A stretch of 64,000 nucleotides of DNA from an uncultured Aliarcobacter sp. (GTDB taxonomy: Bacteria > Campylobacterota > Campylobacteria > Campylobacterales > Arcobacteraceae), in the NCBI GenBank assembly GCA_963664305.2, contig CAXXLV010000001.1:704001-768000 (forward strand). The letters run 5' to 3'. The notes beneath the pieces were generated by a model, which was not told where the DNA came from, did not search any database, and saw only the letters and a program-made list of their open reading frames with translations. Shown here one piece after another: positions 33,591 through 43,921 of the stretch (positions within the stretch are counted from its first letter, which is position 1; each line of letters begins with the position of its first letter). A program made the position numbers and the translations under genes.

Positions 33591-34436
33591 CTATATTATT
33601 TCTAATTTACTACTTATATTTGCCATTCCACAATTATAAACTGAACTAGTAACCACTCCATCGATTTTATATGAAGCATATTTTTCAATATTTGATAGAT
33701 TTATCCCGCCTGCCACTAAGATTTTTATAAATGGATAGTTTTTATTTTTATAATCTATAATTGTTTTTAGTTCATCAAAATCAATTTTATCAAGTTGAAT
33801 AACATCTACACCAATTTTCATTAGATTTACACAATCTTGTAAATTATCACTTTCAACATTTAGTTTTTTTTCTGGAATTTTCGTTTTTATTCTTTTTAAA
33901 TCTTCATAGAATTCTTCATTTGTTTTATATAAAATTCTATGTCCTTCAAAAAATAAAATTGTTTCAGATAGATTCAATCTATGGGGCATTGCTCCTCCAC
34001 AAATAGCTGCTTTTATACAAAATCTTTTTGAAAATGGAAAAGTTTTTCTAGTAGTTAAAAGTTCACAAGTTGGATTTATCTTTTTTATTTTTTCATGCAT
34101 TTCGTAAGCATAAGTGGAAATCTTACAACTATATTCTAAAAGGATTTGTGTCAATCTCCAAGCTTTGTGAATATTCTCATAAGTTCCAGAGTATTTTATG
34201 ATAGTTGAGCCTTTTTCAAGTTTTGTTTTACTTTTTTCAAAGAATTCAACTTTACAATCTAAAAGCTCAGCAATTTTTGCAGCTTCTTCACTACAAGATA
34301 CAATAATATCCTCTCTTGTATAAACTTCAATTTGGGCAAATACATCATTACAATTTTGTAAACTTGTAGTTAAATCAAAGTATGGTAAATCATCTTGAAT
34401 ATATTTTTCTAACTCAGAAATTGATAAATTAAACAT
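33591..34436 (-). CDS. modD: ModD (NadC/QPRTase-like)
   Basis: DD.PYFDLTT, TTRKTFP, HRLNLSETIL.F..H, QLDK, AGGIN; ATG at 34436. Confidence 0.88.
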   Translation of the reverse strand: MFNLSISELEKYIQDDLPYFDLTTSLQNCNDVFAQIEVYTREDIIVSCSEEAAKIAELLDCKVEFFEKSKTKLEKGSTIIKYSGTYENIHKAWRLTQILLEYSCKISTYAYEMHEKIKKINPTCELLTTRKTFPFSKRFCIKAAICGGAMPHRLNLSETILFFEGHRILYKTNEEFYEDLKRIKTKIPEKKLNVESDNLQDCVNLMKIGVDVIQLDKIDFDELKTIIDYKNKNYPFIKILVAGGINLSNIEKYASYKIDGVVTSSVYNCGMANISSKLEII

Positions 34437-34449
34437 TTTTTTCCTTTTA

Positions 34450-35298
34450 TTAGATGATTGAAGGAGCAAATGCTTTTGTACTTACATTTACACTTTGACC
34501 AATTTTTAGATTTGATGCTTCATCTTTTCCAATTACAATTTCAACAAGTTGTTGACCAATTGAAACAATTGCAACATGAATTACATCTATTTTGATGATA
34601 TCAAGAAGTTCTCCTTCAAAAGAGAATTTTTGACTACCTTTAGTTTTTAATAAAACATCTTTTGGAAGACCATCATTTATGATTTTTCCTTGATTTAAGA
34701 CTACAACTCTTGAGGCTAATCTATACATTTCACTTGGGTCATGACTTACCATTATTGTAGTAGTGTCAAACTCTTTATGTAAAGTTAAAATCTCATTTTG
34801 AAGTTTTGTTCTCATGCTTGGGTCTAAAGCAGATAATGGTTCATCCATCAATAAAAGTTTAGGTCTATTCATCAAAGCTCTACATAAACTAATTCTTTGT
34901 TTTTGACCACCACTTAATGTTGATGGATATCTATTTCTTAACTCTTCCATTTCAGTTATTTGAAGAAGTTTATTGGCTAATTCTTTATCTTTTTTTACAT
35001 ATAAAAGATTTTCCATTACAGAAAAATTTGGGAAAAGTGCATAATCTTGGAAAACAAAACCTATCTCTCTTTTTTGAGGAGCTAAACAAAATTTATTATC
35101 AAGCCAAGTTTCATTTGCAATTTTTAGAGTTCCATTTGCAGTTTCTAATCCAGCTAAAATCCGTAAAAGTGTAGTTTTACCACTTCCACTAAATCCAGAA
35201 AGTGCTATAAATTCTCCTTTATTTATATGCAAATCAATATCTAAATTCATCTCTCCATTTGAACCATGAAGCAATTTATTTATATTTATCTCAATCAT
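34450..35298 (-). CDS. modC: Molybdate ABC transporter ATPase
   Basis: GFSGSGKTT, LSGGQKQR, LLMDEP, C-terminal TOBE. Confidence 0.9.
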   Translation of the reverse strand: MIEININKLLHGSNGEMNLDIDLHINKGEFIALSGFSGSGKTTLLRILAGLETANGTLKIANETWLDNKFCLAPQKREIGFVFQDYALFPNFSVMENLLYVKKDKELANKLLQITEMEELRNRYPSTLSGGQKQRISLCRALMNRPKLLLMDEPLSALDPSMRTKLQNEILTLHKEFDTTTIMVSHDPSEMYRLASRVVVLNQGKIINDGLPKDVLLKTKGSQKFSFEGELLDIIKIDVIHVAIVSIGQQLVEIVIGKDEASNLKIGQSVNVSTKAFAPSII

Positions 35299-35993
35299 CT
35301 ATCTAAACCTGTTAATTTTTTTTGTTTTCCATTAAATATATAAACACCAAGAAGAGTAAGGAAACTCAAAATTATCATTATTACACTGTAAATATGTGCA
35401 TTTGTATAATCCATAATTTCAACAAATTCATATATTGCAACTGATGCAACTTTTGTCTCTCCTGGAATACTTCCTCCAACCATTAAAACAACACCAAACT
35501 CTCCTACAGTATGCGCGAAAGTTACTATAATAGCAGTTATTAGTGAAGGTTTCATATTTGGTAAAGCAATTCTAAAAAGTGTTTCTATTCTACTTTTTCC
35601 ACTTATGTAACTAGCTTCAAGCATATTTTTATTTAGACTTTCCAATCCACTTTGCATAGGTTGTACCATAAAGGGTAAACTATAAAAACAGCTAGCTATG
35701 ATTAATCCATAAAAATTAAATACTAGTTTTATCCCAAAATATTCTTCAAAAAATGCACCAATTGGTGAATTATAAGATAAAGCCCAAAGAATATAAAAAC
35801 CCAAAACAGATGGAGGCAAAACCAATGGCAAAGCAGTAATTGCTTCTAGTAAAGGTTTAATTTTTGATTTTGTTTGAGATAGATACCATGCAAGAGGTAA
35901 ACTAATAAAAAACAAAATTAGTGTAGTTATACCTGCAAGTTTAAATGAGATAAAAAATGGTTCAAACTCTATCTCTTTTAACAAATCAATCAT
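35295..35993 (-). CDS. modB: Molybdate ABC transporter permease
   Basis: LPLVLPPSVLGFY, YSLPFMVQP, FAHTVGEFGVVLMVGG. Confidence 0.93.
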   Translation of the reverse strand: MIDLLKEIEFEPFFISFKLAGITTLILFFISLPLAWYLSQTKSKIKPLLEAITALPLVLPPSVLGFYILWALSYNSPIGAFFEEYFGIKLVFNFYGLIIASCFYSLPFMVQPMQSGLESLNKNMLEASYISGKSRIETLFRIALPNMKPSLITAIIVTFAHTVGEFGVVLMVGGSIPGETKVASVAIYEFVEIMDYTNAHIYSVIMIILSFLTLLGVYIFNGKQKKLTGLDR

Positions 35994-36387
35994 TTAAAAT
36001 CTCCTCAATAGATAAATTACTAGCTTTTATTAGAGCTTTTACTTCATCACCTTTTTGTAGATTCATTCTTTTAGATGAATCTACAGTAATAATACTTTCA
36101 AAATAAACATCATCAATTTTTAAAATAATGCTACTTAAAAGTTCTCCATTTTCAATATTATCAATCGTTACAACAAGTTGATTAGATAAACTTATTTCAC
36201 CAAACAAATCTTTTGCGATGATTATATTTGTTGGTTTAACAGATAATTTAACTTTTTTACCGATTTGAACATCTTTACTTAAATCTAAACTCATCATTTT
36301 TAAAGTGAATTTAGAAAAAGAAAACTCTACGATATTTAAACTATCTACAGTTTGTATCTTTTTTATTGTTGCGACAAATTGGCTCAT
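35986..36387 (-). CDS. TOBE-domain protein
   Basis: SLSNQL, SIIT..S..RMNL, ALIKAS. Confidence 0.8.
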   Translation of the reverse strand: MSQFVATIKKIQTVDSLNIVEFSFSKFTLKMMSLDLSKDVQIGKKVKLSVKPTNIIIAKDLFGEISLSNQLVVTIDNIENGELLSSIILKIDDVYFESIITVDSSKRMNLQKGDEVKALIKASNLSIEEILND

Positions 36388-37130
36388 TTTACAATATATC
36401 CATATTTAATAAATATCTCTTTTGCTTTATCACTTAAAATAAAGTCATAAAATGCTTTTACTTCTGCATTATCTTTGGCATTGTTTATGATAACAATTCC
36501 TTGTTCAATTGGTGTGTACAATTTTGGATCAACACTTGCCCAGTTAACATTTTCTTTATATTTTGACAATTTTTCATCATATAAAGATGATTTTGCAATA
36601 AATCCAACATCTGTTGCAGTTGTTGCATAAGTTACAACTTGAGAAATTGATTCAGCATATACAAATTTATTTTTAGTTGCTTCTTCTAATCCTGCATTTT
36701 TTAATGCTTCAACAGCTGCTGTTCCATATGGTGCAGTTTTAGGATTTGCAATTGCAATTTTTGAAATCGAACTATCTTTTACAAGATTTATTCCTTTAGA
36801 GAAATCTAACTCTTTTGAACTTAGCATAGCAATTGCACCTTGTGCATAAACAACTGGTTTAGTAATAGCAATTTGTTCTTCATATAAAGATTCAGGAAAT
36901 TTCATATTTGCTGCCATAAAGATATTGAATGGAGCACCATTTTTGATTTGTGCAGTTAATTTTCCACTACTACCAAGAGTTACTTGTATTTGTGTATTTG
37001 GATTAGTTTTATTAAACTCACTAATTAATACATCTATTGCATAACTAACATTTGCAGCTACTGCAATATTAACTTGACCAGCAAAAATGCTAGAACATAA
37101 AAATACTAAACCTAAAATTACTTTTTTCAT
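36384..37130 (-). CDS. modA: Molybdate ABC transporter substrate-binding protein
   Basis: Signal peptide, AVAAN, GSSGKL..QI.NGAP, IANPKTAPYG. Confidence 0.93.
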   Translation of the reverse strand: MKKVILGLVFLCSSIFAGQVNIAVAANVSYAIDVLISEFNKTNPNTQIQVTLGSSGKLTAQIKNGAPFNIFMAANMKFPESLYEEQIAITKPVVYAQGAIAMLSSKELDFSKGINLVKDSSISKIAIANPKTAPYGTAAVEALKNAGLEEATKNKFVYAESISQVVTYATTATDVGFIAKSSLYDEKLSKYKENVNWASVDPKLYTPIEQGIVIINNAKDNAEVKAFYDFILSDKAKEIFIKYGYIVK

Positions 37131-37140
37131 CTTTTTCTCC

Positions 37141-37923
37141 TTATTTCCCTATCATAATATCTGAGGCTTTTATAATTGCACTCAAATTTGTACCAGTTTT
37201 AAGATTTAATCTATTTACAGAACTTGTTGTAATGATTGAAGCGATTTTATCTCCATTTCCAATATCAATTACTATCTCTGAATTTATCTCACCTTGGTGG
37301 ACATTATCAATAACACCTTGGAATTTGTTTCTTGCACTAATATTTAAAGTAATATCTGTTGTTAATAAAACATTACTTGATTTGAATATTGCAACAACTT
37401 CATCTTTTGGTTTTAAGTCAAGATTTTTAACAGCTGTATTTGTAATTACAGAAACAAGGGTATAACCACTTTTTAGTTTAATAAACACTTCTGCATTTAC
37501 TTTTCCATGTTCTATTAATTCTATAATCCCACTTATTTGATTTCTTGCACTTAGTTGCATTGATAATCTCCTTATTGCCTTTAAAGTTCCAGTATTTATA
37601 TCAGTCATTCTATTTAGATTTTCAAGAAACTTTTTTTGTTCCTCTTTTAATAGATGGTAAGTATTCAGAAGATTTTCTCCATACGTTGTAAGAGTAGTTC
37701 CTCCTCCTCCAACTCCACCTGTTTCCCTTTGTACAATTGGACTTACTGATAAATTATTCATAGCTTCTACTGCTTCCCAGGCTGCTTTATAACTCATTGG
37801 GACCACTTTTGCAGCCTTACTAATTGAACCAGTTTTTTGTATTGCCATTAATAAATCTATTCTTTTTTCCAGTAAAAAAGGTTGATTAAAAATCTCTAAT
37901 GTCAAATTTGATGATATTTCCAC
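37141..37923 (-). CDS. modE: Molybdate-responsive regulator
   Basis: GSISKAAK..MSYKAAW HTH, GG.GGGGT.LT, two SARN TOBE domains. Confidence 0.92.
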   Translation of the reverse strand: MEISSNLTLEIFNQPFLLEKRIDLLMAIQKTGSISKAAKVVPMSYKAAWEAVEAMNNLSVSPIVQRETGGVGGGGTTLTTYGENLLNTYHLLKEEQKKFLENLNRMTDINTGTLKAIRRLSMQLSARNQISGIIELIEHGKVNAEVFIKLKSGYTLVSVITNTAVKNLDLKPKDEVVAIFKSSNVLLTTDITLNISARNKFQGVIDNVHQGEINSEIVIDIGNGDKIASIITTSSVNRLNLKTGTNLSAIIKASDIMIGK

Positions 37924-37933
37924 ATGAATCCTT

Positions 37934-38004
37934 TCGGCTATATTTTTTAGTATATAACGATAATTAAAAAAATTTTATCATTATGTAACTTAATACATAA
38001 CGAT
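37934..38004. promoter_or_regulatory. Two tandem ModE boxes upstream of modE-modABCD
   Basis: TCGGCTATATT-N6-TATATAACGAT (37934-37961) and ATCATTATGTA-N6-TACATAACGAT (37977-38004). Confidence 0.85.
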
Positions 38005-38012
38005 AAATTAAA

Positions 38013-38041
38013 AAAAACTAGAAGTAAAACTTCTAGTTTTT
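38013..38041 (-). terminator. nifHDK terminator
   Basis: AAAAACTAGAAGT-AAA-ACTTCTAGTTTTT just after the nifK stop. Confidence 0.8.
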
Positions 38042-38045
38042 AAAA

Positions 38046-39590
38046 TTATCTTACTGAATCGAAGAAATAATCTGTTTCAGCAATATTTTTTGTCTCTTCA
38101 TCTAAGTGATCTAAAATACTATTTGTAATCCATGTTAATAGATTGATACCACCTTCATATCCACTAATTGAATATCTATGTAAGTGATGTCTATCAAAGA
38201 TAGGGAATCCTATTCTAATTAATGGGATTTTTGTATCTCTATATAATTCTTTTCCGTAAACATTTCCAATCATAAAATCTACAGGCTCAGTAAATAGTAA
38301 GCTTCTTAAATGCCATAAATCTTTTCCTGCCCAGATATTGCACTCTGCTGCTCTTGGAGATTTAGATAAGATTTCTTTCATATCTTCTTCCCAACCTTTT
38401 CTTGGCGCATTGTGGCAAAGAATATGAGTTGGAATTGCTCCCATTTCAACTAAGAATGAAACCATTCCTAATAAGAAGTCAGGATCTCCCCAGATAGCAA
38501 ATTTTTTGCTGTGCATATATGGATATGAATCTTGCATTGCATCTACTAATCTTGCTCTTTGTTGTTTTAACTCTTCAGGTACTTCTTTACCAGTTAATTC
38601 AGCAAGTTTCATAACGAATCCATCAGTTCCACTTAAACCAATTGGATTACAAACTTCATATTTTTGTTTCCATTTATTTTTAATTGTTTTAGCTGTTAAA
38701 ATAGTTGAATATTTTTGTAAGCTAATTGTTGCAGCTGCATTAATTGCAGTTTTTGCATCAGCAATTTTAGTTCCACCAGCATAAAGTGTATATTCACCAG
38801 CACCAGTATCCCATTGCTCTTCATGGTCACCAATCATAATGATTTTGTCACCAAACATTTTAGAGATTTTTTTAATCTCTTTTAATGAACCTAAATATGG
38901 TTCAAATCCAGGGATTATGTTGATTCTCTCTGCATCAACAGATTTTGTAACACCTTCAGATAATTGCTCTAAAGTAGATTTCATCATATTATCATAACCA
39001 GTAATATGAGATCCTACGAAAGATGGAGTATGTGCATGAGGAATTAAGATATTATCTAATTCACCTTCAGCTTCTTCTCTTGCACCAATAATAAATGCAT
39101 TTAAGTCATCCCCAATTACCTCTGCCATACAAGTAGTAGATACAGCAATCATTTCAGGTTTATATAAAGCATTACAGTTTCTTAAACCATCTTTCATGTT
39201 AGCTAATCCACCAAATACCGCTGCTGATTCAGACATAGAGTCAGAAACACAAGGAGTTGGTTCTTTAAAGTGTCTTGTAAAGTATGATCTAAAATACGCA
39301 ACACAACCATGAGATCCATGAACGTAAGGCATAGTATTTTCAAATCCTAAAGCTACCATAACAGCACCTAAAGGTTGACAAGCTTTAGCTGGATTAACAG
39401 TGATTGCTTCTCTAGCTAAGTTCTTTTCTCTATAATCCCAAGATTCAGTCCATTTTTGAACTTCAGCAACTCTTTCAGGTGATGTTGCACCAGCCGCACT
39501 TTCAAATTGTTTTTTGTTTTTTAAAACTTCTTGATATTCTGGTTTTAAAAATAGTTTTTGTCCATTTACAATGTTTTCAACGTCTTGCAT
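38046..39590 (-). CDS. nifK: Nitrogenase MoFe protein beta chain
   Basis: NPAKACQPLG, HGSHGC, TTCMAEVIGDD, GFPIFDRH. Confidence 0.97.
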   Translation of the reverse strand: MQDVENIVNGQKLFLKPEYQEVLKNKKQFESAAGATSPERVAEVQKWTESWDYREKNLAREAITVNPAKACQPLGAVMVALGFENTMPYVHGSHGCVAYFRSYFTRHFKEPTPCVSDSMSESAAVFGGLANMKDGLRNCNALYKPEMIAVSTTCMAEVIGDDLNAFIIGAREEAEGELDNILIPHAHTPSFVGSHITGYDNMMKSTLEQLSEGVTKSVDAERINIIPGFEPYLGSLKEIKKISKMFGDKIIMIGDHEEQWDTGAGEYTLYAGGTKIADAKTAINAAATISLQKYSTILTAKTIKNKWKQKYEVCNPIGLSGTDGFVMKLAELTGKEVPEELKQQRARLVDAMQDSYPYMHSKKFAIWGDPDFLLGMVSFLVEMGAIPTHILCHNAPRKGWEEDMKEILSKSPRAAECNIWAGKDLWHLRSLLFTEPVDFMIGNVYGKELYRDTKIPLIRIGFPIFDRHHLHRYSISGYEGGINLLTWITNSILDHLDEETKNIAETDYFFDSVR

Positions 39591-39600
39591 AGCCTTCTCC

Positions 39601-41058
39601 TTACGCTTCTTTTTCCCATGGAGCTTTTGTGTGGTTCCATACTGGTGAGTTAATTGCTAAATCCATGTCTCTAGCGAAAATTGCGAATGCATCATAACCA
39701 TGATATGGTCCTGAATAATCCCAAGAGTGCATTTGTCTAAATGGTAATCCCATTTTTTGGAATACATATTTCTCTTTTACCCCTGCTGCTACTAAGTCAG
39801 GTCTTAATTTTTTAACGAAAGCTTCTAATTCATACTCATTTGCATCATCGTAAATAAGTGTAGATCTTTCGATTTCGTCTTTAGTTCTTTTATAATCATC
39901 ACCGTGAGCGAACTCATAACCAGTTCCAATTACTTCCATTCCTAAATCTTCATAAGCTCCAATAACGTGTCTTGGTCTTAATCCACCAACATAAAGCATA
40001 ACTTTTTTACCTTCTAACATTGGTCTGTATTTTGCAATAACAGCATCAGTCATAGCAGTATATTTAGCGATAACAGCTTCAGTTTTTTCTTGAACTGTTT
40101 CATCAAAGAATGAAGCAATTTTTCTTAAAGACTCAGTTGTTTTTGAAGGTCCAAAGAAATTATATTCCATCCAAGGAATGTTGAATTCTTGTTCCATATG
40201 TCTTGCGATATAGTTCATAGATCTATAGCAATGTAATAAGTTTAATTTTGCTTTTGGTGCGATTGCTAACTCTTTATAAGTAGCATCTCCAGACCATTGA
40301 GCAATTACTCTTAATCCCATTTCTTCTAATATAATTCTTGTTGACCAAGCATCTCCACCGATGTTATAATCTCCAATAATTGATACATCATAAGGAGTTG
40401 ATTCGAAATCTTTTTTATAAGAGTTATCAGGCATGATATAATCTCTAATCATATCGTTTGCAATGTGGTGACCAAGTGATTGAGAAACCCCTCTAAATCC
40501 TTCACATGAAACAGCTATAGTTTGAGTTCCTGACTCTTTTTTGTATGATTTTGCAACAGCATGAATATCATCTCCGATTAATCCAATTGGACACTCAGAT
40601 TGAATTGAAATACCATTATTTAATGGGAATAATTCATCAATTTCTGCTAATGCTTTTTTAAGTTTTTTATCCCCACCAAATACGATATCTTTCTCATTAA
40701 AATCTGTAGAGAAGTTCATAGTAACAAATGTATCAATACCAGTTGTTCCAATATAATAATTTCTTCTACCACCTCTTGAGTATTGTCCACACCCAATTGG
40801 TCCATGAGAGATATGAATCATATCTTTGATTGGTCCCCAAACAACCCCTTTTGAACCTGCATATGCACAACCTCTTTGTGACATAACACCTGGAACAGTT
40901 TGTTTGTTACTTTTTGTTGTATCACAAGAACCTTTTGAAGTTTCTGGTGAATCAATACCTAAATGTTTTGCTCTACTTTTTCTTACTTTCTCAGGATATG
41001 ATTCAAGTACTTCAGCAAGAGCTTCTTTTTGTAGACTTTCTAATGTTTCTGGTCCCAT
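39601..41058 (-). CDS. nifD: Nitrogenase MoFe protein alpha chain
   Basis: [36 protein letters not shown] (FeMo-co ligands present). Confidence 0.98.
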   Translation of the reverse strand: MGPETLESLQKEALAEVLESYPEKVRKSRAKHLGIDSPETSKGSCDTTKSNKQTVPGVMSQRGCAYAGSKGVVWGPIKDMIHISHGPIGCGQYSRGGRRNYYIGTTGIDTFVTMNFSTDFNEKDIVFGGDKKLKKALAEIDELFPLNNGISIQSECPIGLIGDDIHAVAKSYKKESGTQTIAVSCEGFRGVSQSLGHHIANDMIRDYIMPDNSYKKDFESTPYDVSIIGDYNIGGDAWSTRIILEEMGLRVIAQWSGDATYKELAIAPKAKLNLLHCYRSMNYIARHMEQEFNIPWMEYNFFGPSKTTESLRKIASFFDETVQEKTEAVIAKYTAMTDAVIAKYRPMLEGKKVMLYVGGLRPRHVIGAYEDLGMEVIGTGYEFAHGDDYKRTKDEIERSTLIYDDANEYELEAFVKKLRPDLVAAGVKEKYVFQKMGLPFRQMHSWDYSGPYHGYDAFAIFARDMDLAINSPVWNHTKAPWEKEA

Positions 41059-41091
41059 AGTTTTCTCCTCTTTATGTAAGAGTTAAGTAGC

Positions 41092-41451
41092 TTACGCTAC
41101 TTTTACTCTGTATAGATTCATGTCATCTAATTTTTTACAAATATCTTTAGTTGAATCACCATCTACGCTTTTTGAAATTTCAGAAATTTGGTATTTATTT
41201 GTGTAATAAATCATTTTGAAATCATCTTTAGGTGCACATTCTGTGTTTGTATAATAATCAACTAATGCTGTGTGTAAAAAAGTACCAGCTGGCACAGAAA
41301 GTTCTTCTAATTTAACACCTTCTCTTGTTTCACTTGTTAAAGTTACAGTTTTCCCTGAAGCATCAATTCCTTCATTAACTTTTTCAATTACTTTGTCAAA
41401 ACTAACATTATTTCCTTCACTCGCTGGGAAGTGGTATCCACATATAAACAT
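41092..41451 (-). CDS. Hypothetical protein between nifH and nifD
   Basis: 119-aa ORF with a strong AAGGAG RBS, co-oriented within the nifHDK operon. Confidence 0.8.
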   Translation of the reverse strand: MFICGYHFPASEGNNVSFDKVIEKVNEGIDASGKTVTLTSETREGVKLEELSVPAGTFLHTALVDYYTNTECAPKDDFKMIYYTNKYQISEISKSVDGDSTKDICKKLDDMNLYRVKVA

Positions 41452-41495
41452 GATTTTCTCCTTACTACTATTTTTTATTTATTTTTTTAATTTAA

Positions 41496-42479
<984 letters not shown>

Positions 42480-42667
42480 TCAAAAAAAAATTTATTTTTT
42501 TTCAAAAGCCCTTAAAATAGGCACTAATTTAATAAAATAAATTTTGCAATTTATTTTTAGGAGATTTTTTATCCTATTTTATTTAAGTAAATTTTGTAAG
42601 TTTTTGAAAAAAATATAGTTTCAAAAATGTATAATTTGGAATACGGATAAAAAAGGATTAATAAAAA

Positions 42668-43912
42668 ATGATAATAGATTCTCTCTTCACCCATTTACTT
42701 TTTACAATTTTGTTTAGTTTTTTAATTGGATTAGAACTAAGAGCTTACAAATTAAAATTCCATTCTGAAGATATATTGTTTTTTGGAACAGTAAGAACTT
42801 ACACTTTTGTAGGAATTTTAGGATTTGTTTTATATAAGATTGAACCTGTAAATTTCTCTGTATATATAGTTGGATTTTTAGGTATTACACTTTTGTTTTC
42901 CCTTTTTTATAAAAAATTATTAGAAGAAAAAGAACATAGTATAGTTTTATATTTAGTTTTACTTATTGTTTATAGTTTTGGACCTTTATCAAATCTTTTT
43001 CCATTATGGCTTACTTCATTAGTATTTGTTTTAACAATCTTTTTATTAAATGCAAAGAAAAAGATTTTGAATTTTAATATGAGAATAAATATCTACGAAT
43101 TTGAAACTTTAGGAAAAATGGTTTTATTATCAGCTGTTGTTTTACCACTTTTACCAGAAGAAAAAATAATCCCTTATTTAGGAATTTCCCTTTATAAAAT
43201 TTGGTTAACAGTAGTTGTAATTTCAGGTATTTCATATGCTGGCTATTTAGTTCAAAAGTATCTTTTCCCTTCAAAAGGTATTTTTCTAACAGGATTAATT
43301 GGTGGAACATACTCTTCAACTGCAACAACAGTCGTTTTATCAAAAAAAGCACAAAGTCTTGAAAAGAACCATATTATAACGGCTTCTATAATTGCTGCAA
43401 CAACAATGATGTATATTAGAATACTTATAATTTCATATATTTTCAATTTTGAAGTAGCAAAAACAATTTTGTTACCTTTTGTTTTTTTCATTGTTTTAAC
43501 AACGATTTTTACTTATATTTATTATAAAAAAGCTTCTACAACTACAAACAATATAAAAGTAAAAGATACAAATCCCCTAGAATTAGGAACAGCATTTATT
43601 TTTGCAATTTTGTTTATTATGACAATGTTGGTTACAAATTATGTAATTGAAAATTTTGGTACAAATGGATTGAGATTTTTATCATCAATTATTGGATTTG
43701 CTGATATTGACCCATTTATTTTATCTTTACTTACAGGTAAATATTCTATTGAATCAACTCAAATAGCATCTGCAATTATTATTGCATCAGGGAGTAATAA
43801 TATTTTGAAAGCAGTATATACATTGTGGTTTGGAAAAGATAAAACTTTTTCAAGTTTTGTTATATTGACAATTTTGGGAATAGCAACAATTTTGGTAGGA
43901 TTTTTTGTATAA
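42668..43912 (+). CDS. MgtC/SapB-like, DUF4010-type membrane protein
   Basis: LIGLE, GTVRTY, LPLLP, W..VV.ISGISYAGY, GG.YSSTATT. Confidence 0.8.
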   Translation: MIIDSLFTHLLFTILFSFLIGLELRAYKLKFHSEDILFFGTVRTYTFVGILGFVLYKIEPVNFSVYIVGFLGITLLFSLFYKKLLEEKEHSIVLYLVLLIVYSFGPLSNLFPLWLTSLVFVLTIFLLNAKKKILNFNMRINIYEFETLGKMVLLSAVVLPLLPEEKIIPYLGISLYKIWLTVVVISGISYAGYLVQKYLFPSKGIFLTGLIGGTYSSTATTVVLSKKAQSLEKNHIITASIIAATTMMYIRILIISYIFNFEVAKTILLPFVFFIVLTTIFTYIYYKKASTTTNNIKVKDTNPLELGTAFIFAILFIMTMLVTNYVIENFGTNGLRFLSSIIGFADIDPFILSLLTGKYSIESTQIASAIIIASGSNNILKAVYTLWFGKDKTFSSFVILTILGIATILVGFFV

Positions 43913-43921
43913 AGGTCTATT

